NCBI GenBank assembly: GCA_038496445.1
Contig: JALMLS010000455.1
Span: 310,001-374,000, forward strand
Length of the DNA stretch: 64,000 nt
Origin: Trichosphaerium sp. ATCC 40318
Taxonomy: Eukaryota; Protista; Tubulinea
Direction: 5' to 3'
Under the pieces are notes generated by a model. It was not told the DNA's origin and searched no databases. It was given only the letters and a program-made list of their open reading frames with translations. How positions within the stretch are numbered: the stretch's first letter is position 1; every line of letters starts with the position of its first letter. A program made the position numbers and the translations under genes. Of this stretch, positions 1 through 13,475 are shown piece after piece.

Positions 1-841
1 CTTCCAAGCTCACGTCTACGCTCTTCAAAATAATCGTCTGAGCTCTTCATAGTCTCCACTTGGCGTTTACCAACACCTAATAGATGTTTGTGAGTGAAAA
101 AAAAAACGTGCGATTGTGGAAAGTTGTTAATTTTTTCTATAACGCCAAAAACCGCCTTGTACGATTAAACGAGATGAAACCACGTTAAGGAAAGAGGGAA
201 CAAAAAAAAAAAAAGAAAAATTAAGATTTTCGTCTTGTATTTAAAATTACCGGTATGTGTGGCTGCCCATTGTTTTCTAGGTACCATATTATCTTTGTTT
301 AGTTTTGCGAGAAGACCAACACCGCCACCTAGATTTTGTTAAACCCATACTAATTAAGCGTTTCGTACCAATCTTTTCTGCGTATCTGTGGACGTTTTGT
401 GCTTTAATGTGTCGCTTTTCTGGTCCGTGACACCGTACGCCCTAAAACATTCTAATTAATCTCGCGTGTTGTATAATAGAGTACATTGGCGTTCCACAAA
501 ATGTTTTGCGTAGTTTTTAAAACGAACAAACAAAAAAAAAATAGAGACTGTCGATAAAAAGCGCAAACTGCAAGAACAATGGATAAACGAAAAAGAAAGA
601 GAGGGTTGACAACAGCGGATGATTATTTTGCTAATTACACTTTTGCGTGTTTTAAAACAAAATGTAAGGAGTGTAACAGCGCGCTGTAGCAAAATTTCGA
701 GCGCAGTGCATCGTAAGTTCGCCAAAAAAAAGCTAAAATAAACAAACACTGATCTTGTAACGAGTAACTAACCTGCACTTTTGGCCATTTGCGGGCGGCA
801 TTAGATTGATTTGATCTCCAGGCTTGTCCTGTTGTTGTCAT
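1..841 (-). CDS. Hypothetical multi-exon protein, 3' end outside the window
   Basis: Exons MTTTGQAWRSNQSNAARKWPKVQ / GVRCHGPEKRHIKAQNVHRYAEKI / GGVGLLAKLNKDNMVPRKQWAATHT / GVGKRQVETMKSSDDYFEERRRELG joined by GT-AG introns; no recognised domain. Confidence 0.55.
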
Positions 842-1176
842 TAACGCAGGCCAATTATTTGTTTAGTAATTTTGACCTTTTTTTCAAAACAAAAGAAGAA
901 CTTCTAAACTACAATAAAATATACTTTTTACGCATAAAAAATACATTGCCCGGGGTTTTTGAATGACATGATAAAACATGAAGTTTTTGAGCAAACATTT
1001 CTCATGAAAATAACATATAGAACTCACAATACATGTAATTAGTGAGAACGTATTACTATGTAACATTTAGGATACTTCATATTCTTTTAAGATGGCGCTA
1101 TCGGATTGTTTTGTTATCAAGTTTATTAAAAACTTCACTGAAGTTCAGCTGTTGTACTCATTTTTACTCTCTTTTC

Positions 1177-1963
1177 TTATTCTATACCTTCAAGTTCTCG
1201 CATTTTTGCCCGAACGTCAGATGGTACTTCCGTTTTTTTCATCTTATCGTAGTCGAAAAACACAAGCCTAAGGAAAGGTGTTAACAACATTGGAATATAA
1301 AATCCAAAAAATGAATAACAAAATAGTTTGTTGCATACCGCGCTTTTCCCAACGCTGCAGGCTTATTATTTTCATCAGTCTATTAATAACATGTAAGAAT
1401 TACACCGAATTTTGTGGAGTTGAGTTGATCACGTGATCAACTGAAGAATTCATGAGAAAAAGCTCGTACCACACTGTATTCTACGTTCCATGACGTCTTA
1501 CCAATACTCGTTGTTCGAGCATTGATGGCTACCTTTCCTGGGTATTCAAGTGCTCTCAAGAACTTGCAATCGGCTTCTGCAAGGATCACACTTATACCTT
1601 CATCTTTAGCGACGAGATTCAACTTTTTCATGTGTTCAAGGCGAACCATTTCAAACCATGCTAAAGCGAATTAGAAATTATCACAAAAAAGCGGTTTAGG
1701 CCTACAAGTGAAGCGACACGAACCGCTTTAAGTAGAATACGCGCATGACACTCTAATTTTTTTGTTTTGATGGTAACTAGGTTCATACCATAGTATTGTA
1801 CGTTGTTTACATGCTTAAAAACGTCCTGTGATGCCCATTCGATCTCTCTATGTATTGTGGCAGTCCATTTTTTAGTGTCAGTTGTACAATAACGTCTTGT
1901 AGCGGTATTGCGTTTTTTAACGGTCTGACGCGCGAGCGTGGCTACTCTATAGCCCTGTAACAT
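1177..1963 (-). CDS. Hotdog-fold acyl-CoA thioesterase (YbgC/4HBT-like), probable mitochondrial presequence
   Basis: Motif SQDVFKHVNNVQYY..WFEMVR, then ILAEADCKFLRALEYPG, IGKTSW and LVFFDY..VPSDVRAKM; basic Arg/Thr-rich N-terminus; several introns. Confidence 0.85.
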
Positions 1964-2088
1964 TGTTTGCGAATTTGTACCGTGTGTTTCTGCCTTAAAT
2001 GCTCTAAGCACCACCGTCCATTTCGCCAGTAACGCAACCTACCACCAACACCAATATATTCCTTAACTACACAGTCGCAAATAAAAAA

Positions 2089-4168
2089 ATGGCGGAAAGC
2101 CAAAATTTGCTAATCGCCCTTCTGGAGAACTCTGAGTCTTCTCTAACGGTACGACTAACAAAAACACTAGCGAAATTGCTAGCTTTCCCCTTTACGTTCC
2201 TAAAAGCTGAATTGGGTTTGTTAATGTAACAACTTCGCTATTACAGTGGTTGACATTATGTAGGAGCTACAAAATGCGGTTGAGGAGTCATTGACAACAA
2301 GTGATGGTTTTGCACATCTACTATGCGTTGTGAATACTTTACAGTGGAGCCCGAAGGTTGTTTCTTTTTGGCATGACCTACAAGCTTTTAAAGTTCCTTC
2401 CAAAAAGCTACATTCACGCCGACTTGAGGCTCAGAAGATATTAGACATGTATTGGGAAGACTCTACGGTACAACTACCTATTTTGGTTTTTTCATCAAAA
2501 AACTTCTTTTTCTTACTTGTTTGGCGTAGATAGAAGCTATGTTCGCGCAATCAGTTGAAAGTTTTAGGATTGCAAAAAGTACTAGGTTTCGAATTCAAGA
2601 AAATATTGATGGAGGATGTTTAAATGACAGTTTATTTGATGAGGTACGTTTAGGGTGGCTTTAGGAAGCGCTTAGATAAAAATGTAAGGAATGTTAATGC
2701 GGTTTTTTTATTAGATTGAGACACAACTGCTTGAATGTATGCAACGTGCTTGGCCATCACTTGATGTAAACTCTGAATCTGGTACATCGTTTTTTTTATA
2801 CTTCTAGCCTCTCATTCTCGTTCTAAAAAGCACCTCCTCCACCTCCTAAGCGTACAAGAAGCAAGAAGGATCGATTGAGTAGATCATTGTTTTTGCGTAG
2901 AAGCAGCTCAAAAGATAAACGTAAAGTTGGTACCTATCGCAAGAGTAGAGATATGCGTGAGGATATGGGCGCAGTAGCAAAAGTACTTTTGATTTTTACT
3001 TGTTTTTTTCTCGGCTTTCTCGAGCTAATCAGCTTCCATAGAGCGCCGCGTTACCGCCTATAATGCATATAGACTCTAGTACGGTTGATAAAAGCCAACA
3101 AAAATATGATACCGGTGTTGTTTCTCCATCAGAAGATCAATTTTTAGCACGTCTTCCTATGGGATTTATTGTTTTTAAGTACAAACCAAACAAAACAATT
3201 GGAGATGTCATTAGAGTTGTTAAAAAGCAGTTTCCTAGCTTAGGTAAGGTATCACTTTGTAGCATCAATGCTTCATCGTTCTTTTAAAGAGCTATAGCTA
3301 ATTCTTCTTTTTGTAAAGCTCTATTTACAGTATTGACACCTAACGACGAGCCTACTGATGAAGACACTCCTATATCTAAACTGCCTTATAGATCAGTTAA
3401 GTTCGTACCTCAGAGCATGAGCAAAGCTGGCCTATCATCCAAAAAGAACTATTTCCGTATAAAGGAACAAAACGGACCATTACAGTCCCGGCAAACCTTG
3501 TCCAGTAGTGATTCATCTTGGACATGTAGAGTAGGATCTTATATAGTCCAAGATGGTACTAGCTGGGCTTCTGTAGACGCTAGTACTATAGCATCTGGTC
3601 GTACTATAGGTGCAAACCTAGAGAGGAAGAAAATATCTTTTGAAGGCTCTAAAAGAAGAAAAAAGCGTTTAAGCGTAATGCTTACAGCAAGCTTTGATAG
3701 TATTGAAGAATACTTACCAAAAAAAAAACGTGCAGCGCGTAAATCAATATCTTACACTGGCTCTACAGCTTACAAACAGAAAGTACCTGGTATAGTACTA
3801 CCAACCGTTAGATTAGAACCCGCACCGAAAACAATACAATCTGCGCGTAGATTATCTACAGTTAAACACGCTGTATACTCCACATCATCTAATAGATCAA
3901 GAGCAACTGTTGGGTACGTACAGCAGAGCGTTCTGTTCGGGACGAGAACAAGAAAAAAAATAAAACTCTTTGTTTTTTGCTGATCTTCTTTTGTAGGCAA
4001 GGTATTTCATCTACGGGCAATAACGAAGTATCTATGAAGCGTAGGAACACATCTAATGACCTTAATGCGCAAGTAACGTCTATTGCCCGAAAATTTCTTG
4101 TTAAACGAAAACGGCAGTTGTTTTCTCGTAGTACTATAATAAATGATGTTGCTAGCCAGCAACACTAA
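2089..4168 (+). CDS. Divergent RGS-like domain + ubiquitin-fold/Raf-like Ras-binding domain + basic low-complexity tail
   Basis: Spliced translation VSFWHDLQAFK..RRLEAQKILDMYW..RFRIQENI..DSLFDEIETQLLECMQRAWP fits the RGS helical pattern. ARLPMGFIVFKYKPNKTIGDVIRVVKK..DEDTPISKLPYRSVKFV resembles an RBD. Confidence 0.6.
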
Positions 4169-4436
4169 AAAAGAAATAAAGGCCAAATAAAAAAGCCTGT
4201 CAACTTTGTCCCAATTCTGTTAATTCTCGCCTTATTTGCCTGTTTTAAACACTTACAAATAGAAAACCTTATTATAGGTCAATAAAGATCTTACTACGCA
4301 ATGATGGACCTTTGAGTTTTAAGTAGTTTAAATAAAAGCATCTAATGTTTTTGACATAAATAGGAGATAGAGTTCTGGCAAGTCTATTCTAGCAGATAGT
4401 ATTTTAAAGCAGAAAATTCTTGGATATCCAATGGAT

Positions 4437-4673
4437 AAACCCTAACCCTAATCACCAAACAGTGTCTAACCCTAATTCAAAGTAGGGTTTCATATAAAAC
4501 GTACTGTATGTGCAGCTTCAAACACAACTGTTTAGATCTAAATTCTTGTCTTATGGGTTACAGATACTTTTGTTGTTAGATCAGCATGTGTAGGTTGTTG
4601 TAAGATGTCATTGCAGAATAAACCCTAATTACAAAATAGGGTTAGTGTCACAGCCCTAATTCAAATTAGGGTT
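4437..4673. repeat. Cluster of telomere-like CCCTAA/TAGGG inverted-repeat motifs
   Basis: AAACCCTAACCCTAA at 4437; three CCCTAATT-N(3-7)-TAGGG hairpin-type units at about 4468, 4621 and 4654. Confidence 0.7.
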
Positions 4674-4986
4674 ACAAGCCATGGTGCTAAGAAAATAAAA
4701 AACACCAAAATGGTTTTAGCCACAAGAATATCAAGCTATTCTATTCGCACTAATTGTATGTTAGTTTTAACAGTTTGAATTGTTACAGTTTTATAAATCA
4801 ACACAAATTAACTTAACAGCATTACTAATGCGTATACATACTTTTCAAAGCAGTTAAATTGTATTTTTTGTTTAAATCCCTTTTAAACATACCATAAGTA
4901 TTCCAAAGGTGCACAGATTAATAATTACTTATAAAATGCGACATTAATTAATCACGTGAGGTAGTAAGTTTGGCATACAAAAAAAA

Positions 4987-6120
4987 TGAGTTTTCATAGA
5001 AATACAGAAAATATACCACCCACTGTGCCTATCAATATGAGCTTTACTCTTTCTGTAACGCATCACACCACACTCTAATAACTATTGAGACAGTTTAAAT
5101 GCTCACAAAGGACTTGTAGCTTATTCAGTCGACAGAGATATCATTTTTCGGCTTTTGCACTTGGCACCGACACTTGGAGAATAAGGAACGTCTTACTTGG
5201 TGTTATCTAGTATTGAAGAGTTGAAGGCGCCTATACATGGTTTGTTTGATCCAGTGATAAGGAAAAAGAACTTGGTTCTTCTCTTTCAAGCCATAAAAAG
5301 TACAACAAAGATGATAAAAAAACTATCAGAGAACTTGATAATTTTAATGAATTTATGAACGATCACGTGCCGATATTGAGCATTATAATTCTATCATTGG
5401 AATTCGGTGCATTTGCACTTCTAAGTGCACTTGTTCCTGATGGATAGACGACTATAGAATCGATGGATAAATCAAGTTATACTGTTGTTGAACGTTTTGA
5501 AAAGCGAGTTTGTGTCTGAGCTTGAGCTCCTTTCAAAAAAAGATCAAGTCCGCAAGATGACTTGTCTGTAACTATACAAACACTACCAAAAGGAAAAAAA
5601 GACTTGCTTTGGTTTCTATACAACTACAAAGATAGCCCTTGTTCGGTTGAAGTGTTAGCATATTTATTTCAAATATCTGAACCTTTACACATACTCTTGA
5701 AATGAAGTGGTAAGCACATGTATCACCTAGCGGTGTCGAAGTACTACATAAAGCCTCAGAAGATTGGTTTGAACATACAGCATTGTTTCGCTTTCAAAGA
5801 AAACAACTCGCAGAGTTCAAGGATAATTGCACTGTTCTACCTGGTAGACCACTCTCAAAAGACGTTGTACAGTTTCTTGTTGATAACCAGTATAATCAAT
5901 GGAATGATATTAAACCAAATGAGATAGTAAAGAACCTCAGTAAGCTTAGGTGGGAAGGTAACCAAGACAAATTAGCTTAAAACATGAATATTTAGAGAAT
6001 GAAAACAGTCCTTAACGCAAGCATTCTAGGTGTTCAATTGCTGAATATGTATCCACTATGGAATGGAGCTAACGCAAATTATCTCTAAAAGAATATGAGG
6101 TTTCTAACCAGAGAGGGTAT
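4987..6120 (+). pseudogene. Decayed, apparently intronless coding-like relic of unknown family
   Basis: Protein-like stretches (e.g. QLAEFKDNCTVLPGRPLSKDVVQFLVDNQYNQWNDIKP) broken by stops and frameshifts. Confidence 0.3.
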
Positions 6121-6710
6121 GACGATACTCGGAAAAGGAAGGTAAGTACATTGTAACATTTGGTCTAATTCTCAGGGAACAAAATCAAACTTTAAGTTCG
6201 TTTGGCTAACATTTGGCTTAGGGCTGTCATGTCTATAGAAACATAACAAACCTCGGTTGTATACTCTTTAACTGTATTTGTAACTTGAAAATATCTATTT
6301 AAGCTTTTTGTAATGCAAACAAATCTGACGCTTTCCCGACTGATGGCTTATAGTGTCAACACTGGCGAAGATATAGTTGTTTTTTTGCTGTGTGCGGCTT
6401 ATTAAAGCAGGTGGCCTGAAAACAATTGTTTAAGTGAATAAACCTATTTTAAGTTCGGTTTTAGTTTGAGAAGTAAACAAAGCAACACACTTCAAGTACA
6501 AGGTACCCAAAATATGATGTAATAGCCAGTAGACCAAAAAAATTCAAACGCAGTAAATTATCTCCACGCACGCGAATTACTACCAAGATTTGAACAGGTA
6601 GAGGAGATTTGTTTTGTTTCAAACTTTGCGTTGGAGAAAACTTGTTGCGTTTTTGTCACGTGATAATTTCGTGTGTTAAATGCTGATCTTCTCCTAGGTT
6701 TTCGGAATAA

Positions 6711-8679
6711 ATGTGTAGCACTTTGAAAGAAGTTACCAATGCGAATGGAGATCTCTATATTTGTGAATATATAGATGGCAAATTCAATGGCAAACTCACT
6801 GGCAAAGGAGTGTATAGATCGGCAAATGGAGATAGAGTTGATAGTGAATTTAAGGATGGCAAATTAAACGGCAAAGGAGAGCTCACATCGGCAAATGGGG
6901 ATAGATATAAAGGTGAATTTAAAGATGGCTTATACAATGGCAAAGGAGTGGTCACATGGGCAAATGGAAATAGATATGAAGGTGAATTTAAATATGACAA
7001 AAGAAACGGCAAAGGAGTGGCCACATGGGCAAATGGAAATAGATATGAAGGCGAATTTAAAGACGACAAAAGAAACGGCAAAGGAGAGTTCACATGGGCA
7101 AATGGAGATAGATATGAAGGTGAATATAAAGATGACAAATTCAACGGCAAAGGAGAGTTCACATTAGCAAATGGAGATAGATATGAAGGCGAATATAAAG
7201 ATGACAAAAGAAACGGCAAAGGAGTGTACACATGGGCAGATGGAGATAGATATGAAGGTGAATTTAAAAATGGCAAATTAAACGGCAAAGGAGTGCTCAC
7301 ATTGGCAAATGGACAAAGATTTGATGGCGAATTCAAAGATGACAATGTTAGTTTTGCGACTTTGTATTTACTTGATGGTACTGCATTGGAAAGTACTTGG
7401 GTTTCAAACACATCAAACAAGAATACCACAATTATACCAGGCGAGAATGTCAGTATCACATTCCCTGGAGAGAAGACCATAGAGGCAAGATGGTTACAAA
7501 ATGAAATGAAGTTGATAACCTTCCTTGATGAGTATATTGTTAGTGAAGACCCTATATCTCTCACATATTCTGGTAAAAATAAAACAGTGGCGCCTTCAAC
7601 TTGGACATGCAATCAAGTATTGTATGTTCTTCACAGGATTGAACCACAACTTGTTGACTTGTTAAAAGATCACAAGTTAACGTACGTATTGATATTCTCT
7701 GACTTCAACAAATACTTACCCTTTCTTTACAACAGTGGTCAAGACTTTCTGGGATTGGACCTTAAAGTGATGCTATTACTCAAAATACCCCTGGGATATG
7801 CAAATAAAATACTAAGATACATTGAGAACTTGAAAAAAGGTAGTTGTTTCAAACCCTAAGGATATGCTTTTATGACTTTTCTTTAACTAGGTGAATCAGA
7901 ACATCTACCAACACCTTTGGAACAAGGTATGTTTCTTATAGATATCCGTATCCATCTTTTCGATGTACTTAAATCTTAAACAGACACTGATGCGGAAACT
8001 GAAGATGGAACTGATCAGAATAATTTAGAAGAGATGCGATCAAAATTGAAAGCAGACCCAAAAGACAAGTACTTGTCAAAAGCCCATAATGATCCAGAAC
8101 ACAAATACACAAAGTTTGGAGGTGCTGCAGAAGATTTAAAGTTTCTTCAAGACGCTGCTGAGGTCCTTAAAAAACTTGAAGAAGATCGCCTTATTGAGGT
8201 ACTATTAATACAATAATATTTCTTACAAAGTTTGTACAGAAGAGCGAGTATTCCAATGAAACACGTGGTAATCTACCTGGTGACAAAAGCGAAAGAAAAG
8301 ATGAACCGCCTTCACCTATTGCTATCCATGACGTGATATCCCATAAGTCATGGAGCGATAAACTCAATGCTTCCATTGATGCTGAGGTACTGTAGCGTAT
8401 TTTAAAATCTTGTTTAATCCAAGACTCACTTTAAACCTACAGAACAATCTATCAATTGATCTCAATCTGGCAGCAAGTAAACGTGAAGAGGAAATAAATA
8501 GTTGGGTTGGGATACTACTAGGACTGGGTATTGCTAATGAACGAGCAAAAACGCTTGGGTCATTGATGGATGAAGCAGGTGTAAAATTAGGTGATATTGA
8601 AAAAAGTTTGTTAGAAGAACTTGGATTCACAGCCATGGAACGTGTCAAAGTCATCAAAGCAAAGAAAAATAGAGTATAG
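6711..8679 (+). CDS. MORN-repeat protein with SAM domain and C-terminal SAM-like domain (copy A)
   Basis: 8 full 23-aa MORN units (GKGxxTxANGDRYEGEFKDxKxN). SAM motif WTCNQV..LKDHKLT/GQDFLGLD..LKIPLGYANKILRYIENL across an intron. Last exon has LLEELGFTAMERVKVIKA. Confidence 0.85.
6800..7345 (+). repeat. 69-bp coding tandem repeat (MORN array A)
   Basis: Recurring ggcaaaggag...gcaaatggagatagatatgaaggtgaattt unit. Confidence 0.9.
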
Positions 8680-9188
8680 TGTTGCAGATATCCCTTTAAT
8701 AAAACTTCGTTGTCCACCTCATTACTCGCATATGACTATTTACATCACACCTCAACAAGTTCTAAGTTTCCAGGCAGACGCTTTTTTTCACATTGCCTTG
8801 AGATTTTCAAAGTAGACAGAAGAAAAATTGATTGATTTTTTATTTACTTCGATCGCTTGATGCTTATAAGGTTTGAGGATTCCTAATAAACAATTCTGTA
8901 TTGCCACCATTCTTGTTCATCTCTCATTATTGGCTTTGAGAAGCAGTAGCCAAATTAATATGTTAAAGGCCTTTTAGTTCTTGCAGCTTCTACTGTTTGT
9001 ATGCGATTCATACAATATTTATCTTCCAGCATCCTCACCAACAAACAACCCAATTTACGTACAACCACATTATCAAATACTTCAGGGAGTAAAATCAAAA
9101 GCGGAGGAGATACTGAGAGATTTCAAAGACGAAAGGCGTAATCTTCCAACTTGTACCATACATTGTCGGCTAATTGCTTGCTCTTTCT

Positions 9189-11014
9189 TTAGTAAAACAT
9201 CTTCTTAGCATTATGCAATAGCCATCTATTAGTACAGTATTATAATCAGCACATTCAACTCCATGGTATTGTATAACAAAAATACAAAGCAAAGAAAAAG
9301 AGTCACCTTTGTTGTGATCGCTTCAAGTATTTAAAGTGACCAAACTTTGCCAAATCCCATTTATGATTACTGTATAACGAACAAAGGACATGTGGGAAAT
9401 GGGGTATAATACCTGCGCCGCCCAGTCTGAGAATTTGAAGCTTTGTAACACGATACCTAATGAGAGAAGTTAGTGGGGATTTTCCTATTTTTTTTCTTGT
9501 GCTTGCAACAAAAAACTGTGTTGGTTAATGTACTATCACATAAATAATCTAGTGTTGTCACGTACCAGTCTTCTCTGTGTTGTAACTGCAAGGCCCTTGC
9601 TGCTCGCTTTAGAAACTGTGTTTGGTTATGTCTTTCAAGCCAATACTCTTGTGGACGATTTATCTTGATATTTAAAGTGTGTTTTGGATAAACTGCTTCA
9701 AGCAATCCAGATAGTGATCCGCCGTACCTAGTTATTTATTTAGAAACTTCTGTACATGTAGTACAATATCTCAAGATATCGAGAAGAACGTGTTTTTTGA
9801 GCATTAAAAAAGGAGTACAATGTCACAAATAAGGTACGAGCGAAACCAAAAAACCAATGAGGGTAAAATCAAGGCTGTAAAGCAAGAAGGCTGAAAGCAA
9901 TAAAAGGATTCTTCACATTCTTTGCAATAACGTACTTATTTAAAATAGAGTGTCCGCCTTCTTTTTGTGCTACTTGATACCTCCTTATATTATGCCAATC
10001 GTCAACATCTTTTATTTGTAATTGCTCTGCAATCTCATCAAGTTGTATTGCTTGATTACTTATGTTCTCCCAATGAGATTTTGGTGCGACACTATTCATA
10101 AAATAAAAAAAAGTCATCACTTTGTTTTCTGATCGAATTCAACAATCACGTGATCACGTGATAAAATTTTTTCTTTACCTAAAATCCTGTGGCTTCCAAG
10201 TATATTGTTTTAATGATTCTTTCAGACATCTCCAAAGAGAGCCATTGTATCTAAGTAGAAGAAAAAATAAGCAAACAAACAAGAGAGAAGCCAATTGACT
10301 TTAATTTGATGGCAGACAAACGAGAAGAAAATAATAATACCTAAAAAAACGTGCCTTAGCAGAATTCGTTTTCCACCTTTGTTTATAACATCCTCAGCAC
10401 TTAGAGAATGCCAATCTGATTTTTGAAATACTCTAAGCTTCCTTGCTATATTATCAATAACAACAGTCTGATTAGAAATATCATCCCAGTATGCACGTGG
10501 TACAACCCTATTTTTAAACATTTAAAAACAAGCAGTCACCGGCGCCTTGCTAGTAAAAAACTTGTTTTTTATATGCCAATTGCACATTGCTCAGCAAAAT
10601 ACCGTTTCCTCAAATACCAAATCTAATGAAAATTGATAGAAGGCAATGACACAGAAAGAAAGTAAAAAAAACTTGCAAAAAATTTTGACACATTGTGACA
10701 CTTACGCGAACTTATGGATTTCCCAAGGATAGTCTGGATACAATGTCAATAGTGCAGAGACTAGCGAGCCTCCATATCTAAGCAATATTAGGAGAGTTAT
10801 GCATTTTGGCAATTGTTTTTACTAGTTCTGATATTTAAACCGTAATTGTAGTTCTTTACCTGTTTACAAGCGTAACTCCGCCATCTACTTTGAGATCGTT
10901 TACAGTCATGTCATACCAGCCATCAAAAGTATGTATTCTTAATAGCTTAGCTCTGTTTTCCACAAATCTACGCTGTATACGCTTTTTGTGCCAAAGTCGG
11001 GTGTACATAGCCAT
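9189..11014 (-). CDS. Uncharacterised protist tandem-repeat protein (W..xNQ..LD.IA..L.I...DW..GG..L..Y.GSL...L..YP); start approximate
   Basis: About four repeats over many exons: LWHKKRIQRRFVE..DGWYD..GG; YWDDISNQ..IARKL..DWH..GGKRIL; HWENISNQAIQLDEIAEQL..DWH..GGHSIL; YWLERHNQTQFL..DWY. Confidence 0.7.
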
Positions 11015-11184
11015 ACTGTCTCCAAAAGGTCGCAAACAATCAATACCCTTATCAGTGGTTGTAGTAAAGCAATAGCAGTGCTGGCGGCTGAATACAGCAG
11101 AGTCTTGGCACTTAACGGTTTTAAGGGAGACCTTTATTCGCAGTACGTTGTAGACACTGAATAGAATTCATTTATACACAAACC

Positions 11185-13333
11185 ATGGAAGACAAAGCAA
11201 CGCCTACACAACAAGGAGTACGAGAGCGCTGTTAGACTATATTTGGCTTATAAGTTTATAGAACGACGCTCCAATCACCACAGAAGTTAAAGGGAACGCT
11301 GAGTACGTAATATTGTTAATTGTGTAGTGATAAACCTCTAATACGCTCTAGTGCTTTTAATACAACGATGGACGAAGTAAACAGACTCGTTGTACGTATA
11401 TACACTATATAAACGTAATAACAAGCTGCAATGTGACACCTTCGAAGGCAGAGCGTCTACAAAAAGAACAGGACGCAAAAGACGCTGAGGAACGAAGAAA
11501 AAAGACAAAGATGGAAGAAGAGCTCCGAACTAGACGGAACGAGGTAACTGTTTTCAAAACGTTCAGAGAACTCAAAGACAAGCACTAACTACCAACGCTC
11601 GCTAACCTTATACAATCTAGTTCTCAAATATGCGTGCTAGACACTACACTGGATATTTAAAGAACCTTAAAGCTGTACCTATGAAACACATAAGGCCGGA
11701 GTTGGACAATGGAGGCAAATGTAAGTTTTATCCAAAAATCAAACTTAAGTTTTTAAGTCTCGTTATCTTAGTAGTATTTCTTTCTTATTAATAACACTCC
11801 TAGTGATATTACCAATGCAAGCATTACAAACTATAGGTACAATTCGTGATTTAACTCGATAAGAGTCCTTTAATTATAACTATAAACGTCATATCATTTG
11901 ATTTTTATTCTCTTCTTTAGCTGATATGAACCTCGCTTTTCCAATATTTTTTGAACTAGCAAACTTAAAAGGAGACAAGAAAACAGTTTGTGGTGTAATT
12001 CAATGGGATGCAGAACCTGGTACGTGTCCAATGAAAAATAATAAAAAAATAAACATTCAAAATTATTAACTTTCTGAGAATAGGCTCTGTCTACGTTCCA
12101 TCATGGGTATGCTTGTGACACTATGTGCCATATGTTTCCTATATGTCTTACAGTATTTTTTTAGATGTTGAAAGCATTGGGAGTAGGGTTTGGAGAAGAT
12201 ATCAAGTGTGCTACTAGAGTTTTGCCAAAAGGAAACTACGTCAGATTTAAGCCATGCTCATTGGATTTTTTGCAAATAGCATCACCAACAGCTGTGTACG
12301 TTGTCACTAGATCTGTTTTTCTTGAAATCAAAATAAGTCTGTCTGCGTTATGATAAACTAACTGTTGTTGGATAGCCTAGAACACGTGTTGAGAGGTTAT
12401 GCCGCTATTATGCTTGGCGATAAGATTCCTATCAGCTATAATAACAAAGTACGTGTTTGAGCCATTCACCGCAACGTACTGGTCGTATATCCTCTAAGTG
12501 GTTGTTCAGGAATATTTTCTAGAAGTAATAGAGGTCAAACCAGAAAATCCTTACAATGCTATTGCTATTGTCAATGTACGTTTGCTCATTCCTTTGTTTT
12601 TGTGATTATACATGCTGGTACAAAAAATACGTGTACTGACGATTGTATATTTAGGTTGATGTTAACTGCGATTTTGATGCTCCTGATGGCATGCCAGACT
12701 ATGGAAATAATTTATCACAGAGTTTGGACTCAATTGGAAGGGTACGTAATAATAAAAAGAACAGCTTAAGAAAAAAAAACTGCAAAGTTTTTGTCAGCGT
12801 ATCCGAGTTATTAACGACTGATTAGCTAAATCTATCCGATTCCAAGTGGGGTGAAGAATCAGGTGGTAAGTATTCATTATATTCCACCTCTTTTTAATGC
12901 AGTAACGACGAACAATATGGCTAAAACTTAAGGGTTTTTTTGGATTTTTAAATGCCTCAACTTGAAATGTCCATTGTTTTAAATGTCGTTATTTGTTGTC
13001 GACACATTGTCTCGCTAAGAAAACGTTATAGACTACGACAGTGAAGACGAATGGGAAGCAAAAAAGTTTACAGCATTCACTGGCGACGGTAAAGCTCTCG
13101 CAGCAAGCCAAGGTGATTCTGCGCTTACTAAAGCGTTAAAATCGTACGTATTCTTCGGCGTTCTAACACAAACTTTGTCCGTCGGTTTTTTTTTCTCTGT
13201 ATTGAATTCAAACTAAATATACAACCTCCACAGTGCAAATCAACCAGCTGTAGCCGTTCAAGCTTCGACAGACGATAAACAAGAAAAAGCAGGATTTGTT
13301 CCTTTTGGTGGTACCGGGCATACTCTAAAATAA
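11185..13333 (+). CDS. UFD1: Ubiquitin fusion degradation protein 1-like p97/Cdc48 cofactor with an N-terminal coiled-coil extension
   Basis: DNGGKVILP, FPIFFEL, CGVIQWDAEPG.VYVPSWML, LPKGNYVRFKP, LEHVLRGYA, DVNCDFDAP; two SHP-box-like motifs (FTGDGKAL, FGGTGHTL) before the stop. Confidence 0.9.
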
Positions 13334-13475
13334 ACGGAATGTATTTTTTATCGCGTTTTTCGTCGTTTAGCTCCCCATAATGGCGCACCCAACTGCGTCA
13401 AAGTTGCATTAAAAAAGTGCGAGTTTTCAAGTAATAATCAAATCACAAATGCATTGGCTTTGAAGGTTAGTAACG

